The position numbers were made by a program, and so were the translations under genes. Below are positions 37,607-46,324 of a stretch of 64,000 nucleotides of DNA, piece after piece. The notes beneath the pieces were generated by a model. The model made no database searches. It was given only the letters and a program-made list of their open reading frames with translations, and had not been told where the DNA came from. Origin of the DNA: Shigella phage ChubbyThor; the sequence record OL615013; one strand, written 5' to 3'. Every line of letters starts with the position of its first letter. The stretch's first letter is position 1.

Positions 37607-38374
37607 ATGGCACCCCGCGCATATCGTTTCAGTCTCACCGCCCCGCAGATTGAGCAATTGCTCCTTTCTATCAATGATGCTATCAAGTCAGAAGATATCA
37701 TCTATGATTATGCTGCAGGTGGGACTGTTGGGCAAGTCGCAGCAGCGTCTGCCGTCAAGAACATGTGGTTGAAGCTCAACGAGATGGTAACAGGCCAAGG
37801 CCTCAAAGATGCCATCAACGCTGCAGAAGACAGCAACGTGTTCACCGACTATTATAAGTCTTTACTGGATCGCGAAGGCTGGAAATTTATTGGGTCTCCG
37901 GCAGATGAACTTGAGCGAGGCGACATCGACACCGCGAACTTCACGGGTGGTGAGGTCATTCTACTTCAGAAGAACGCTTCAGGCAACCCCGAATTCCAAT
38001 ACTGGAAGCGTACCCCGGTTGCTGGGGGTGATCCGACCTTCGCCTGGGCTTCGGTCTATGAAGGGAACTCCAACGACTCCAGCATCGAAATCCCGGTGAT
38101 TGGCACCAGCGTCCTCAAAGACATTCCCAAGGCTCTCTTCCATATGGTGGAGTTCCGGGTTCATGTCTATGATGAAACGCTGGGGCACTGGCAAGATACA
38201 GATGGCAAGGTGGGGTATCGTGGCGAGGATCTGTTCTACAGCACGTATAACCATGTGCAGACCAAACCGCTCGCCACCATTGACTTCAGTCAAGACACAG
38301 ATAGCATGACAGTCTCTGTGACTTCCCTGGAGCCGAATGTCAAATGCCATCTGTCGTTTATCGCTGGTTACTAA
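37607..38374 (+). CDS. hypothetical protein, probable late/structural product
   Basis: ORF track 37448..38374; ATG at 37607 with RBS aaagaggaa; plus-strand island. Confidence 0.5.
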   Translation: MAPRAYRFSLTAPQIEQLLLSINDAIKSEDIIYDYAAGGTVGQVAAASAVKNMWLKLNEMVTGQGLKDAINAAEDSNVFTDYYKSLLDREGWKFIGSPADELERGDIDTANFTGGEVILLQKNASGNPEFQYWKRTPVAGGDPTFAWASVYEGNSNDSSIEIPVIGTSVLKDIPKALFHMVEFRVHVYDETLGHWQDTDGKVGYRGEDLFYSTYNHVQTKPLATIDFSQDTDSMTVSVTSLEPNVKCHLSFIAGY

Positions 38375-40089
38375 ACCTCAAACACGGCATCAGTAAACCA
38401 AGCGGGGAAGAACTCTGGGTTGCGCATCATCAGTGATTCAAAAGAAGAATCAAGGATGTATGTCGCAGCCCAGTCATTCACGCCCCTGACCGAACGCCCG
38501 CACATCTGAACGATACGCAGTACCGCCATCCTGAAGTACGCCGATGGGTCTACACTGTTGACGTGAGCCACCAGAGGATCACCAAGGTAATCGTATGGAA
38601 CCTTGATCAAGATCTGAAATCGGCTGTAATCGCCTTTGAAGTCATACCCCTCTTCCATAGCCGGACTGGCGATGACACAAGGCGTCTTCGTCCGGAACGC
38701 GTGTTCCATGATGTCCATCAGAGCCTTACGAGTACGAGGAACGTGAATCATATTCCGGTACTTGCTAAACTTCTGTAGAGCCAGGGCGCGGTCATAGCTG
38801 ACGGTGTGGATGATACCAGACTGACCGGGGTGGAATGCGATGATCTCGTCCACGTATTCAGCCAGCTTCTTCATCTCATAGTCACCCATGTTGGACGACA
38901 TCTTCATGACGGGCATGTAGTTGACTTTGCGGTTCTCAATCGGGATAGGGTTGCCGATCTGAATCTTGTGGTACTCACCATCACGGATACCCAGTGACCG
39001 AGCGTACGAGTCAATCCCACAAATGGTCGCCGACATGTGAACATGATAGTCACCCTTGCGGAACAGGCCGAACTGAGACACATCAGAGGCAATGACAGGC
39101 TTGAACTGGATCATGCCCTTGTCCTTCTCCTGCACGATGAAGGTGCTGGCGTTGGTCTGCCCCATGATACCACAGTAGTCACTGAGGTTGTGAAGGGTGT
39201 CAATGATGTCAGACAACTTCATCACCTGGGCTTCAGTCAGGCGCTCGTCCTCTACCAGTTCCTCAAGGGTTTCTAAGAGGGCTTCAACCTTGTCATGCAG
39301 GTCGTCAAAGATCGCATGCATCTCACCTGTCAGTGAGTACAGCTTACCCAACTCGTAATTCTCTGTGCGTCTGACGATATCCGTGATGATCTCCACGATA
39401 GGCACCCCCTCGGGGATTGTCAGCAACCCCCTTACAGCATTTATGCTGTATTCCATGATCGTGTGCTCTAGGAGCGTAGAGGGCATTTTATGGCACTCGT
39501 CAAGGATCAGCATATCGGCGCGGTTTTCCGGCTTCATACAGATCGTCGTGCACATCTCCACCATCATGGCGGCGTTGGTGCAGCGCAGAGAAGAGATGTC
39601 CGTCCAAAGACGACGAGCCTGAACATATGGGCAACGATTTTTATTACAGTGGCCATCTCGGCATGCCATACGGCACTGGATAGCGTTGTAATACAGGTCA
39701 GGACTGATATGACAACGATAGTTCTTCTTGCCCTTCAGGATGTCTATCGCCACGGCTTTCTCCGCCGCATACTGATCTTGTAACCCTTTGGTCGGCGTCG
39801 TGATAGACGTGCGGAACTGACCATACGGATTGCGCTCAAGAACCAGATGGCGAAGCACGTTATGGATGGTAGTGCCAATGAGGGATTTGCCCACACCAGT
39901 CGGAGCCTCGATGATCACGTGTTTGAATTTCTTATTCACAAGGGCATCAACGGCTTCAACGATGCACTCCATCTGGCCGGGGTTGGCGGTGTCGTATGGG
40001 AAGGACTCAGTGGCAAGAGACTTGATGCGGTCTATGCTAACTGGTCCGACGCCATCAAGCGCCTTGGTATATTGGTTGAATGCTGTCAC
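38371..40089 (-). CDS. DinG/Rad3(XPD)-like Fe-S ATP-dependent DNA helicase
   Basis: 572 aa; Walker A EAPTGVGKS, DECH box, Cys cluster CRMACRDGHCNKNRCP (Fe-S domain), C-terminal helicase motifs (QMCGRSVRG). Confidence 0.6.
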   Translation of the reverse strand: MTAFNQYTKALDGVGPVSIDRIKSLATESFPYDTANPGQMECIVEAVDALVNKKFKHVIIEAPTGVGKSLIGTTIHNVLRHLVLERNPYGQFRTSITTPTKGLQDQYAAEKAVAIDILKGKKNYRCHISPDLYYNAIQCRMACRDGHCNKNRCPYVQARRLWTDISSLRCTNAAMMVEMCTTICMKPENRADMLILDECHKMPSTLLEHTIMEYSINAVRGLLTIPEGVPIVEIITDIVRRTENYELGKLYSLTGEMHAIFDDLHDKVEALLETLEELVEDERLTEAQVMKLSDIIDTLHNLSDYCGIMGQTNASTFIVQEKDKGMIQFKPVIASDVSQFGLFRKGDYHVHMSATICGIDSYARSLGIRDGEYHKIQIGNPIPIENRKVNYMPVMKMSSNMGDYEMKKLAEYVDEIIAFHPGQSGIIHTVSYDRALALQKFSKYRNMIHVPRTRKALMDIMEHAFRTKTPCVIASPAMEEGYDFKGDYSRFQILIKVPYDYLGDPLVAHVNSVDPSAYFRMAVLRIVQMCGRSVRGVNDWAATYILDSSFESLMMRNPEFFPAWFTDAVFEV

Positions 40090-40138
40090 TTTCTTCCTCC
40101 TATGGGATTCGCCTTTAGTTTAACCGATTCCCAGGAAC

Positions 40139-40175
40139 GAAAAAGCCGGAGTACAATGCTCCGGCTTTCTCTTTT
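40139..40175 (-). terminator. intrinsic terminator (AGCCGGAGcauuguaCUCCGGCU + U-run), symmetric
   Basis: Between HU stop and helicase start; A-run and T-run on both sides. Confidence 0.7.
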
Positions 40176-40218
40176 GTCACGCCCCCGCGTTGCAGAGGCC
40201 GGACCGAACCAGGTTGAA

Positions 40219-40497
40219 TTACTTGCCGTTGGCAGCGTTCTTCAGACCTTCGCCCACTTTAAATTTCACAACGTTTTTCGCTTCGATCTGAATGGTCTGA
40301 CCGTTCAGAGGGTTACGACCTTCACGAGCTTCCTGGTGCTTCACTTCGAACGCGCCGAAGCCGACCAGCTGTACAGATGCGCCTGCAGCAACTGCAGTTT
40401 TAACGCCGTCGATAAAGGATGCCACTACTTTCTCCGCTTCGCCTTTGGTGATGTTCTGGGTCGAAGCAATGTGGGCAACAAATTCAGTACGATTCAT
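40219..40497 (-). CDS. HU/IHF-family histone-like DNA-binding protein
   Basis: 92 aa; NRTEFVAHIA...GFGAFEVKHQEAREGRNPLNGQTIQI HU signature. Confidence 0.8.
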   Translation of the reverse strand: MNRTEFVAHIASTQNITKGEAEKVVASFIDGVKTAVAAGASVQLVGFGAFEVKHQEAREGRNPLNGQTIQIEAKNVVKFKVGEGLKNAANGK

Positions 40498-40587
40498 CTG
40501 GATTTCTCCGTTGGGTTAATGTTTACTTTCATGTTCACTACAAGAGGACTACAGTTTAACTAACAAATTTTATTGAATAAAGCGGAA

Positions 40588-40872
40588 TTATTGGGTGTTT
40601 CCTTTGGAGATGAATGATTCCATGTCTTCCCGAGAAATAATCGTTTCCACACGATCTTCATCGATCAACATTTCGTTCAGAAGGTCATAGCCCAGGACTT
40701 TCACACCACGCACGCCCCAAGACTTTTCCCTCAGCTCTGACTCAATACTGAGAACTCTCTGAACCGTCAGGCCACCAGAAGAGAATGGGACCGGAAAGAA
40801 AGCAGAACACACTTGGGCGCACCCATTTACACTGTAACGAACCAGCAAGACATCACACCATACGCCAGCCAT
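40588..40872 (-). CDS. hypothetical protein
   Basis: ORF track 94 aa. Confidence 0.35.
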   Translation of the reverse strand: MAGVWCDVLLVRYSVNGCAQVCSAFFPVPFSSGGLTVQRVLSIESELREKSWGVRGVKVLGYDLLNEMLIDEDRVETIISREDMESFISKGNTQ

Positions 40873-40873
40873 G

Positions 40874-41557
40874 TTACACCTCCACCGCGTGAGACTTCAG
40901 GAGTTCATCAATCGCTTTCTGACCCATGTAGGAGAATGGGGTGCGCTGGTAGAATGCCCACAGAACCAACTGAACTACAGCGCGGGAACGGGTTTCGGCT
41001 CGCATCACCAGGTCGCTGAAATGAGGAGACTCAGCCGTCCATTGGATCTCTTCGCCCAGGTCTTGATTACAGGTCACAGAGATGCGGAACTTGTTGCACA
41101 GATTGTCGACTTCTTTGTACGCATCGGTAGACACCCGAAGTTGGTCTGCATGCGCCCATGGTGTCGTGACGATTCTTTCTCCCATCACTTTATCAGAGAT
41201 AAACCAATCAATGGATTCAACAAACTTGCCGAAATGGTCGATGCGATAAATGCAGTCTCCCCCTTCCATAGAACGCATGGCATGATAGCGAGCGTCGATT
41301 TCGTTGTTGTGCATCGCGTTGAAGTCGATGAACACGCGACGCGCCAACACAACATCTTCCGGCTCCAGAGGGATGTATTCCCCTTCGTTGCTAGACCTCC
41401 GGATGTTCGGATAATGTAGAATGCCGCTTAAATGCCCAGTGCAATATACATAACGAGGTCCAACACCCCCGACACGAGCATGAGCGACATAGGATGGTTC
41501 TGTGAATCGCAAGTGGCCTTGATCGGCACCGACGATAATAGAATAAAGGTTTTCCAT
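40874..41557 (-). CDS. hypothetical protein
   Basis: ORF track 227 aa; preceded by conserved leader ...TTTGAGAGAACTATATC-ATG. Confidence 0.5.
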   Translation of the reverse strand: MENLYSIIVGADQGHLRFTEPSYVAHARVGGVGPRYVYCTGHLSGILHYPNIRRSSNEGEYIPLEPEDVVLARRVFIDFNAMHNNEIDARYHAMRSMEGGDCIYRIDHFGKFVESIDWFISDKVMGERIVTTPWAHADQLRVSTDAYKEVDNLCNKFRISVTCNQDLGEEIQWTAESPHFSDLVMRAETRSRAVVQLVLWAFYQRTPFSYMGQKAIDELLKSHAVEV

Positions 41558-41614
41558 GATATAGTTCTCTCAAATGAAAGGGCGACCTTATGATAAGCCG
41601 CCCTGGATTATTGA

Positions 41615-42523
41615 TTATTGGAAATCGCCGACATACATGTTCAGCTTGTCATCCCAGTTCAGAACGATGCGGATCGTTCCGGAATCTTCAGGGAATGACA
41701 GCTTAGAGCACATGGCGCGATTGACATAAGTCCCGCTCTGGTTGACGTTGTAGTCCTTGCCTTGCATAATACCGAAGCGCTTGAAGTCGCGAGTGACCAT
41801 CATGTTCAACGTGGTCCACGGAATGATGTCACGCAAGGCTTTACACAGGATGATCTTGCCATCCGACCTGAACGACACAAACAGCTCGTTGGCGATACGA
41901 CGGCGAGCAGGCGGCTCGAGTTCGCGCAGGGAGATAAATTCAGAGGGATCGTCCAATGCACCCAGGGTGATCATGTCTTCGCGAACTTTATTGACAATTT
42001 CAGTTACTGCTGACACGACTTCAACTGCCGGATTCGTCTTAAATGGCTCAACAGTCGTGGACATCTTGGATACAGACATCCCGTTGCCGTTGCGCTTCTC
42101 TGCATATTGCTCGACGGACTTGTCGCTCACCGGAGGCAGTTTGGTGGCAGGAGTTATGACCGGGCTTGCATCTGGTTTCGCCTTTGGGGTACTCCGAGCC
42201 GCACGCAGCTTTTCCTGGGCTTCCAGAATGCGCTCTTGACGAGAAAGTGGAGCCTTTGGGGTGATCTTCGTACTGAAATCTGAAACGCCGACCCAATCAC
42301 CCTGGTCATTACGCTTGGCGACCAGAGTCAGTTTGTGGATGATGCCCTGAAGTTTGCTCTCACGCAAGTTGTCGGCATACCAGAACTTCGCGCCCATCTC
42401 GAACTTCTCGGCGAAGATCACGCGAGCGTCTTCGTGTACCAACATAACTTTGGCTGTGTTGGGGGCAAAAGCCTTATTCTTTTCGATAATCGCCGCAGCG
42501 ATTGATTTGGTCAGGAGCATCAC
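41615..42523 (-). CDS. hypothetical two-domain protein with Ala/Pro/Lys-rich linker
   Basis: ORF track 302 aa. Confidence 0.45.
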   Translation of the reverse strand: MMLLTKSIAAAIIEKNKAFAPNTAKVMLVHEDARVIFAEKFEMGAKFWYADNLRESKLQGIIHKLTLVAKRNDQGDWVGVSDFSTKITPKAPLSRQERILEAQEKLRAARSTPKAKPDASPVITPATKLPPVSDKSVEQYAEKRNGNGMSVSKMSTTVEPFKTNPAVEVVSAVTEIVNKVREDMITLGALDDPSEFISLRELEPPARRRIANELFVSFRSDGKIILCKALRDIIPWTTLNMMVTRDFKRFGIMQGKDYNVNQSGTYVNRAMCSKLSFPEDSGTIRIVLNWDDKLNMYVGDFQ

Positions 42524-42571
42524 AGTGTATTCCTTCAGTTCACAATGTAGGGCTAAATTTTAACCCGAAAC

Positions 42572-42889
42572 TTATTTTTGAAATCCGACAAAGTCCTGGG
42601 CAATCCCCCGACAATACATCAAGTCTTTCTTCGTTTGTGGGCTGTTTTCGGCCGCAGACATCATCATTGGTAGGTCCAGCGCATTCTCTATCTGATCAAC
42701 ACTGAACAGATCAAGGCGCTTCAGCTCTCCCTCGAAGTCAGACAGGAGGATAGATGTATCTTTGTCGTCCGGATGGAATTGCTGGTACGTCTCCATCCAG
42801 GCGGCGCAGGTATTCAGTTTAGACGGTGGTGTGGCGTTTACACACCCGGCCATCAGTAACAGCAGGAGTAGGATTTTACCTTTCATCAC
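42572..42889 (-). CDS. lipoprotein, candidate o-spanin
   Basis: 105 aa; signal peptide with lipobox LLMAGC, Pro-rich mature N-terminus; start overlaps stop of upstream secreted-protein gene. Confidence 0.4.
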   Translation of the reverse strand: MMKGKILLLLLLMAGCVNATPPSKLNTCAAWMETYQQFHPDDKDTSILLSDFEGELKRLDLFSVDQIENALDLPMMMSAAENSPQTKKDLMYCRGIAQDFVGFQK

Positions 42890-43572
42890 TCGTTCTCCTT
42901 CATCATATTGTCGCAGTCAACACGAGTCTGCTGGAGTTCGCGCGACATGCGAGGATCATCAAGGTTCACGCTCAGATTCGTGGCCAAGTCTTTCAGACCG
43001 TTCTGAACACGATCCTCAAAATAATGGTCGTTCTCAACCAGCCAGGCTCTGAGGCCAAGAGCGCGAGTACGCCATTCCTTCTTCAGGACGCGATCAGAGG
43101 TCTGCGTAGCGCTGTATTCGAATACTTTGATGCACTGATTGCCATCGTTGATGAGGTTCAGGTGACGGCGGCCTATCTGCACACCCTTCTGTAATGCCGG
43201 AGAAGGGAGAGAACGGCACTGTCTGACTGTCATGCGGCCTTGGGTGCCCATTCGACCAGTCATGATAAGATCGCCAGCCTCCATGCCGCCTCGGTTAAAT
43301 TCGTCGTCATTGAGGTAGCCCTTGAGGTTATAGGCTCCCTGTTTGTATCGGTTGAACTCAATCCCGGCGTTAACAACAGCAGTGGAGACGTTGCCTGTGT
43401 TCCAGAGTTCAGCAAAGTTCTCTATGGAACCAGACTTGTCGATGGCGACTGCCTGGGAGAACCCAGCACAGTAGGAAAGATCAGACCACAGTTTGTCACC
43501 TGTGGAGTTCAGCTTGGCGGCGGCGGGTAATGCCAGACCAGCCAGCACGACCCCGAGGATTAAACGTTTCAT
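42886..43572 (-). CDS. secreted/periplasmic protein, candidate i-spanin partner
   Basis: ORF track 42886..43698; start at MKRLILGVVLAGLALPAAA signal/anchor; overlaps the lipoprotein gene in spanin-like arrangement. Confidence 0.3.
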   Translation of the reverse strand: MKRLILGVVLAGLALPAAAKLNSTGDKLWSDLSYCAGFSQAVAIDKSGSIENFAELWNTGNVSTAVVNAGIEFNRYKQGAYNLKGYLNDDEFNRGGMEAGDLIMTGRMGTQGRMTVRQCRSLPSPALQKGVQIGRRHLNLINDGNQCIKVFEYSATQTSDRVLKKEWRTRALGLRAWLVENDHYFEDRVQNGLKDLATNLSVNLDDPRMSRELQQTRVDCDNMMKENE

Positions 43573-43657
43573 GGTGATTCTCCTTATTTCATTGGATGAA
43601 ATGATAGGCGGCTCACCATGTTGAGTAAAGGGTTTCAATAAACTATCGTATTCAGAA

Positions 43658-44488
43658 TCATTGGAATTCAACTCCATACCTTTCAAGCCATTTATCACAA
43701 GTTAAAGGATCCCAACCATTATCTAACCTTCGAATAATCGGATTCACTTTAGCCCAGATCCCAGAAGAATTGGAACCGAATACTTCTTTAATGGCTTCTC
43801 CCTTGGTCTTACCTTTCAATATATGGTAATGTATGTGGGCTGCCCAACACCACCAATTATCCCTATCCGGAGTCCATCTTGGCTTCTCCCAAGGCATTTG
43901 CTCTCTGGAGGTTCTGGTAAAAGCCTCAACACGTTTCCTTTCTTGGTCCGATGTCAATTTATTGGTTAGGCTCTTTCCATAACAGTGATGGTGCTCTCCT
44001 CTCTTGACACCTGCATTTCTCTTCGCAAAGAATTGTTTCAGTTCAGGGTCTTCCTTGCGCTTGTCTTCATAGAATTTCAGCAGTGAATCTGAAGTTGCAT
44101 CTTTGGCTGCCTGAGACTTCTTTTTACCATACATCGGGTTGTTAGCCCCTCTGTTCTCTTCGGACAATCTCGCGGCGTATTTCTTACGCATTTTGGCGAA
44201 GAGATGTGAATTAACTCTGTGGCCATTCCTTCTCAGGATCATCAGCGCCTTTACCATACACGTATCCGGCAGCGCCAGAGCGAGACACACGTGAGCAATA
44301 TAGTGGACGCGGTGTGGTAATTTGATTAAATTGTTCTTATCTTTCTTGAATTGAGGAAATAGGGCGGCTGGAAGGATGTGGTGAAATTCTCCTTCCCCGT
44401 TGTAATCTGAATAGGCTGAAAGCAATTTCACATATTTGCCTACAAAGTGCGGTTTGCCACCTATTGTTAAAAGATATTCTCTTTTCAT
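43658..44488 (-). mobile_element. free-standing HNH homing endonuclease gene
   Basis: 276 aa; EFHHILPAALFP...HRVHYIAH HNH motif plus basic repeat region. Confidence 0.65.
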
Positions 44489-44946
44489 TTGTAGTGACTA
44501 TCACTGACCGTCCGGTACTTCACACCCTTGAACTGCTTGGCGACCTTGACGAACTCCATCGCTGGCATGCCCACTTTGTAGACCTTGATGCGCTGGCGGT
44601 CATCCATGTTCAGGGCGGCGACATAGCGGTGTGAGCCGTCGACCACATAGTTATCAGAAGACACCCAAACCCGACCCATGGGCTTCTTGTTTCTGATGTT
44701 CTTCATGATCTTCCAGACCTTCATCTTGTTGATTTCGTTCTGGGTGAGACGGAGCGATTTGATAGGAACCTGACCAGCGTCGATGGTGATGCCAAGTTCC
44801 TCCAAGTAGTCATGGAACGCCTGCTGCTTGTCATCGTCGATCTGTGGCATAGAAGAACGAGAAAGCCCGAGGTTTCCAACAGGAATCCTCAGGCCGTTGA
44901 TAATGTTCAACCAGTCTATGAAGGAAGACATGAACATGAGATTCAC
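44485..44946 (-). CDS. ParB/sulfiredoxin-fold nuclease-domain protein
   Basis: 153 aa; LRLTQNEINK and VVDGSHRYVAA (DGxHR-type motif). Confidence 0.4.
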   Translation of the reverse strand: MNLMFMSSFIDWLNIINGLRIPVGNLGLSRSSMPQIDDDKQQAFHDYLEELGITIDAGQVPIKSLRLTQNEINKMKVWKIMKNIRNKKPMGRVWVSSDNYVVDGSHRYVAALNMDDRQRIKVYKVGMPAMEFVKVAKQFKGVKYRTVSDSHYK

Positions 44947-44970
44947 CTCGGGATATGGATTATCCCTTAG

Positions 44971-45081
44971 TTAGGCGTGAAAAGTCTTACACAGGACGGC
45001 TCCGAGATATTCACACAACAAAACGATCACGACGCCCAATGAACACCCAATAAGCCAACCCCAAAATTCAATACTCACCAT
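44971..45081 (-). CDS. small hydrophobic peptide (~36 aa), translationally coupled (TGATG) to upstream gene
   Basis: MVSIEFWGWLIGCSLGVVIVLLCEYLGAVLCKTFHA; below ORF-track cut-off. Confidence 0.3.
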   Translation of the reverse strand: MVSIEFWGWLIGCSLGVVIVLLCEYLGAVLCKTFHA

Positions 45082-45368
45082 CACACCTCGTCTTCTTCAG
45101 GTCCACCATCAATCAGGATACGAGCGGTGTCGAAACCTTCCCCGCCTGTGTTCAACAGCTTGGTCAGATCATCAAGGGTATCGACAGGACCAAGATCAGC
45201 CTTGCGCAGAATGAACTCGAGAAGGCCGTAGAGCGCTGTTTTGTACCGTTCACCGTCGATATCGTTTTTGACTTTCATTAAGTCAATAATCGCGTCTGTC
45301 TCCCTGAAACCTGTTTCAACTTCACTGCGCACCATAGAGAATAGAGCGAGTTCTTCGTCCCTTTTCAT
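45081..45368 (-). CDS. hypothetical acidic protein
   Basis: ORF track 95 aa. Confidence 0.4.
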   Translation of the reverse strand: MKRDEELALFSMVRSEVETGFRETDAIIDLMKVKNDIDGERYKTALYGLLEFILRKADLGPVDTLDDLTKLLNTGGEGFDTARILIDGGPEEDEV

Positions 45369-45739
45369 AACGTACCCCCAACAGAGATCATGAACTCTTC
45401 TTCAATGGTCGTGACAGGGCGGCGGTTGCGGGTTTCGATCATGAAGCCCCAGCCGCCGTCGGCGACGTTGCCAAAGGTCTTGACGCCAAAGGTCTTCTTC
45501 CCGTTGGAGCAGGCATAGAAGTCCAAGATGAACGGACTGCCCTGATTGTCGATCCCACGGTTTACACCATCCGCTACACAGCGCTCAATCATCTTCCCGT
45601 TCTTATACAGAACGAGGTCTTGACCATATGCCTTGAAAGCATAAACGCCGTTGGTAGACACTCCGGTGATGACAGGAGGAGCGGAAACAGCAGAGAAGGA
45701 AGCGCCCAGCAGGGCAACGGCGAGGATTAACTTTTTCAT
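45365..45739 (-). CDS. secreted protein (signal peptide), function unknown
   Basis: ORF track 45365..45931; start at MKKLILAVALLGASFSAVSA (~45739); conserved leader upstream. Confidence 0.5.
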   Translation of the reverse strand: MKKLILAVALLGASFSAVSAPPVITGVSTNGVYAFKAYGQDLVLYKNGKMIERCVADGVNRGIDNQGSPFILDFYACSNGKKTFGVKTFGNVADGGWGFMIETRNRRPVTTIEEEFMISVGGTL

Positions 45740-45763
45740 GATATAGTCTCTTGGTTTCAAATG
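45740..45763 (-). promoter_or_regulatory. conserved translation-initiation leader (TTTGAAACCAAGAGACTATATC-ATG)
   Basis: Member of a recurrent leader family seen also at ~17012, 30316, 41558, 46299, 46598. Confidence 0.55.
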
Positions 45764-45785
45764 GGCGGGGTAATCATACCCCGCC
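45764..45785 (-). repeat. palindromic stem-loop element family A copy 2 (GGCGGGGTAAT-CA-TACCCCGCC)
   Basis: 9-bp stem; near-identical to copies at ~10072 and ~46325. Confidence 0.65.
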
Positions 45786-45791
45786 GTGGGT

Positions 45792-46298
45792 TTATAGGGT
45801 AACAAGTGATACGGTAAAAACCATCGTCCCGTCTGTTGCCATTTTTCTTGAAACTGGTATGACGCGAGGCTGGCAGAATATCCATTCTTTCTCCATGGAC
45901 GCCAAGTCCAGCATATCCATTTCTGATTCATCGCCTTTGTTCACAAATTTTTCTAGAGAACCATAGACATTAAGCCCCTCCGGGAGTCCGTTTCGATGTT
46001 TGTAACAAATGCGGGCAACAGCTTTGGTTCCGTACGATTTAGAAAATTGTTTGGCCACATGCTTCAGTTCACTGAAGCTAAGACAAGAATCCCATGTCTG
46101 GAACATGTCGCCTCGTTCAAACAACATCTCTAAACGCGCAACGTCCTCCTTAGGCAGCCCGCGATAAAGTGTGGTCGTCTGTGGCTCGCGTAATTCTTGC
46201 ACCAGATCACGGACGGCAGGGGAAACAGTACCGGGGCGCATGATGTGGGACTTATCATGGGCGAGGTAAAATAAATCTTGAATTTGTTGATCGGTCAT
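45792..46298 (-). CDS. candidate mono-ADP-ribosyltransferase (R-S-E type), low confidence
   Basis: 169 aa (start MTDQQIQ); ordered motifs TTLYRG (aromatic-Arg), WDSCLSFS (STS-like), GDESEMD/MEKEWIF (ExE candidates). Confidence 0.3.
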   Translation of the reverse strand: MTDQQIQDLFYLAHDKSHIMRPGTVSPAVRDLVQELREPQTTTLYRGLPKEDVARLEMLFERGDMFQTWDSCLSFSELKHVAKQFSKSYGTKAVARICYKHRNGLPEGLNVYGSLEKFVNKGDESEMDMLDLASMEKEWIFCQPRVIPVSRKMATDGTMVFTVSLVTL

Positions 46299-46322
46299 GA
46301 TATAGTTCCTGCATTTCAAATA
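46299..46322 (-). promoter_or_regulatory. conserved translation-initiation leader (TTTGAAATGCAGGAACTATATC-ATG)
   Basis: Same leader family. Confidence 0.55.
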
Positions 46323-46324
46323 GA

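Noticed and set aside
41615-42523. MoxR/CobS-type AAA+ partner for the vWA protein
   Set aside because: No ORF near the vWA gene has a Walker A/B pair apart from known replication proteins; the 302-aa and 227-aa neighbours lack P-loops.
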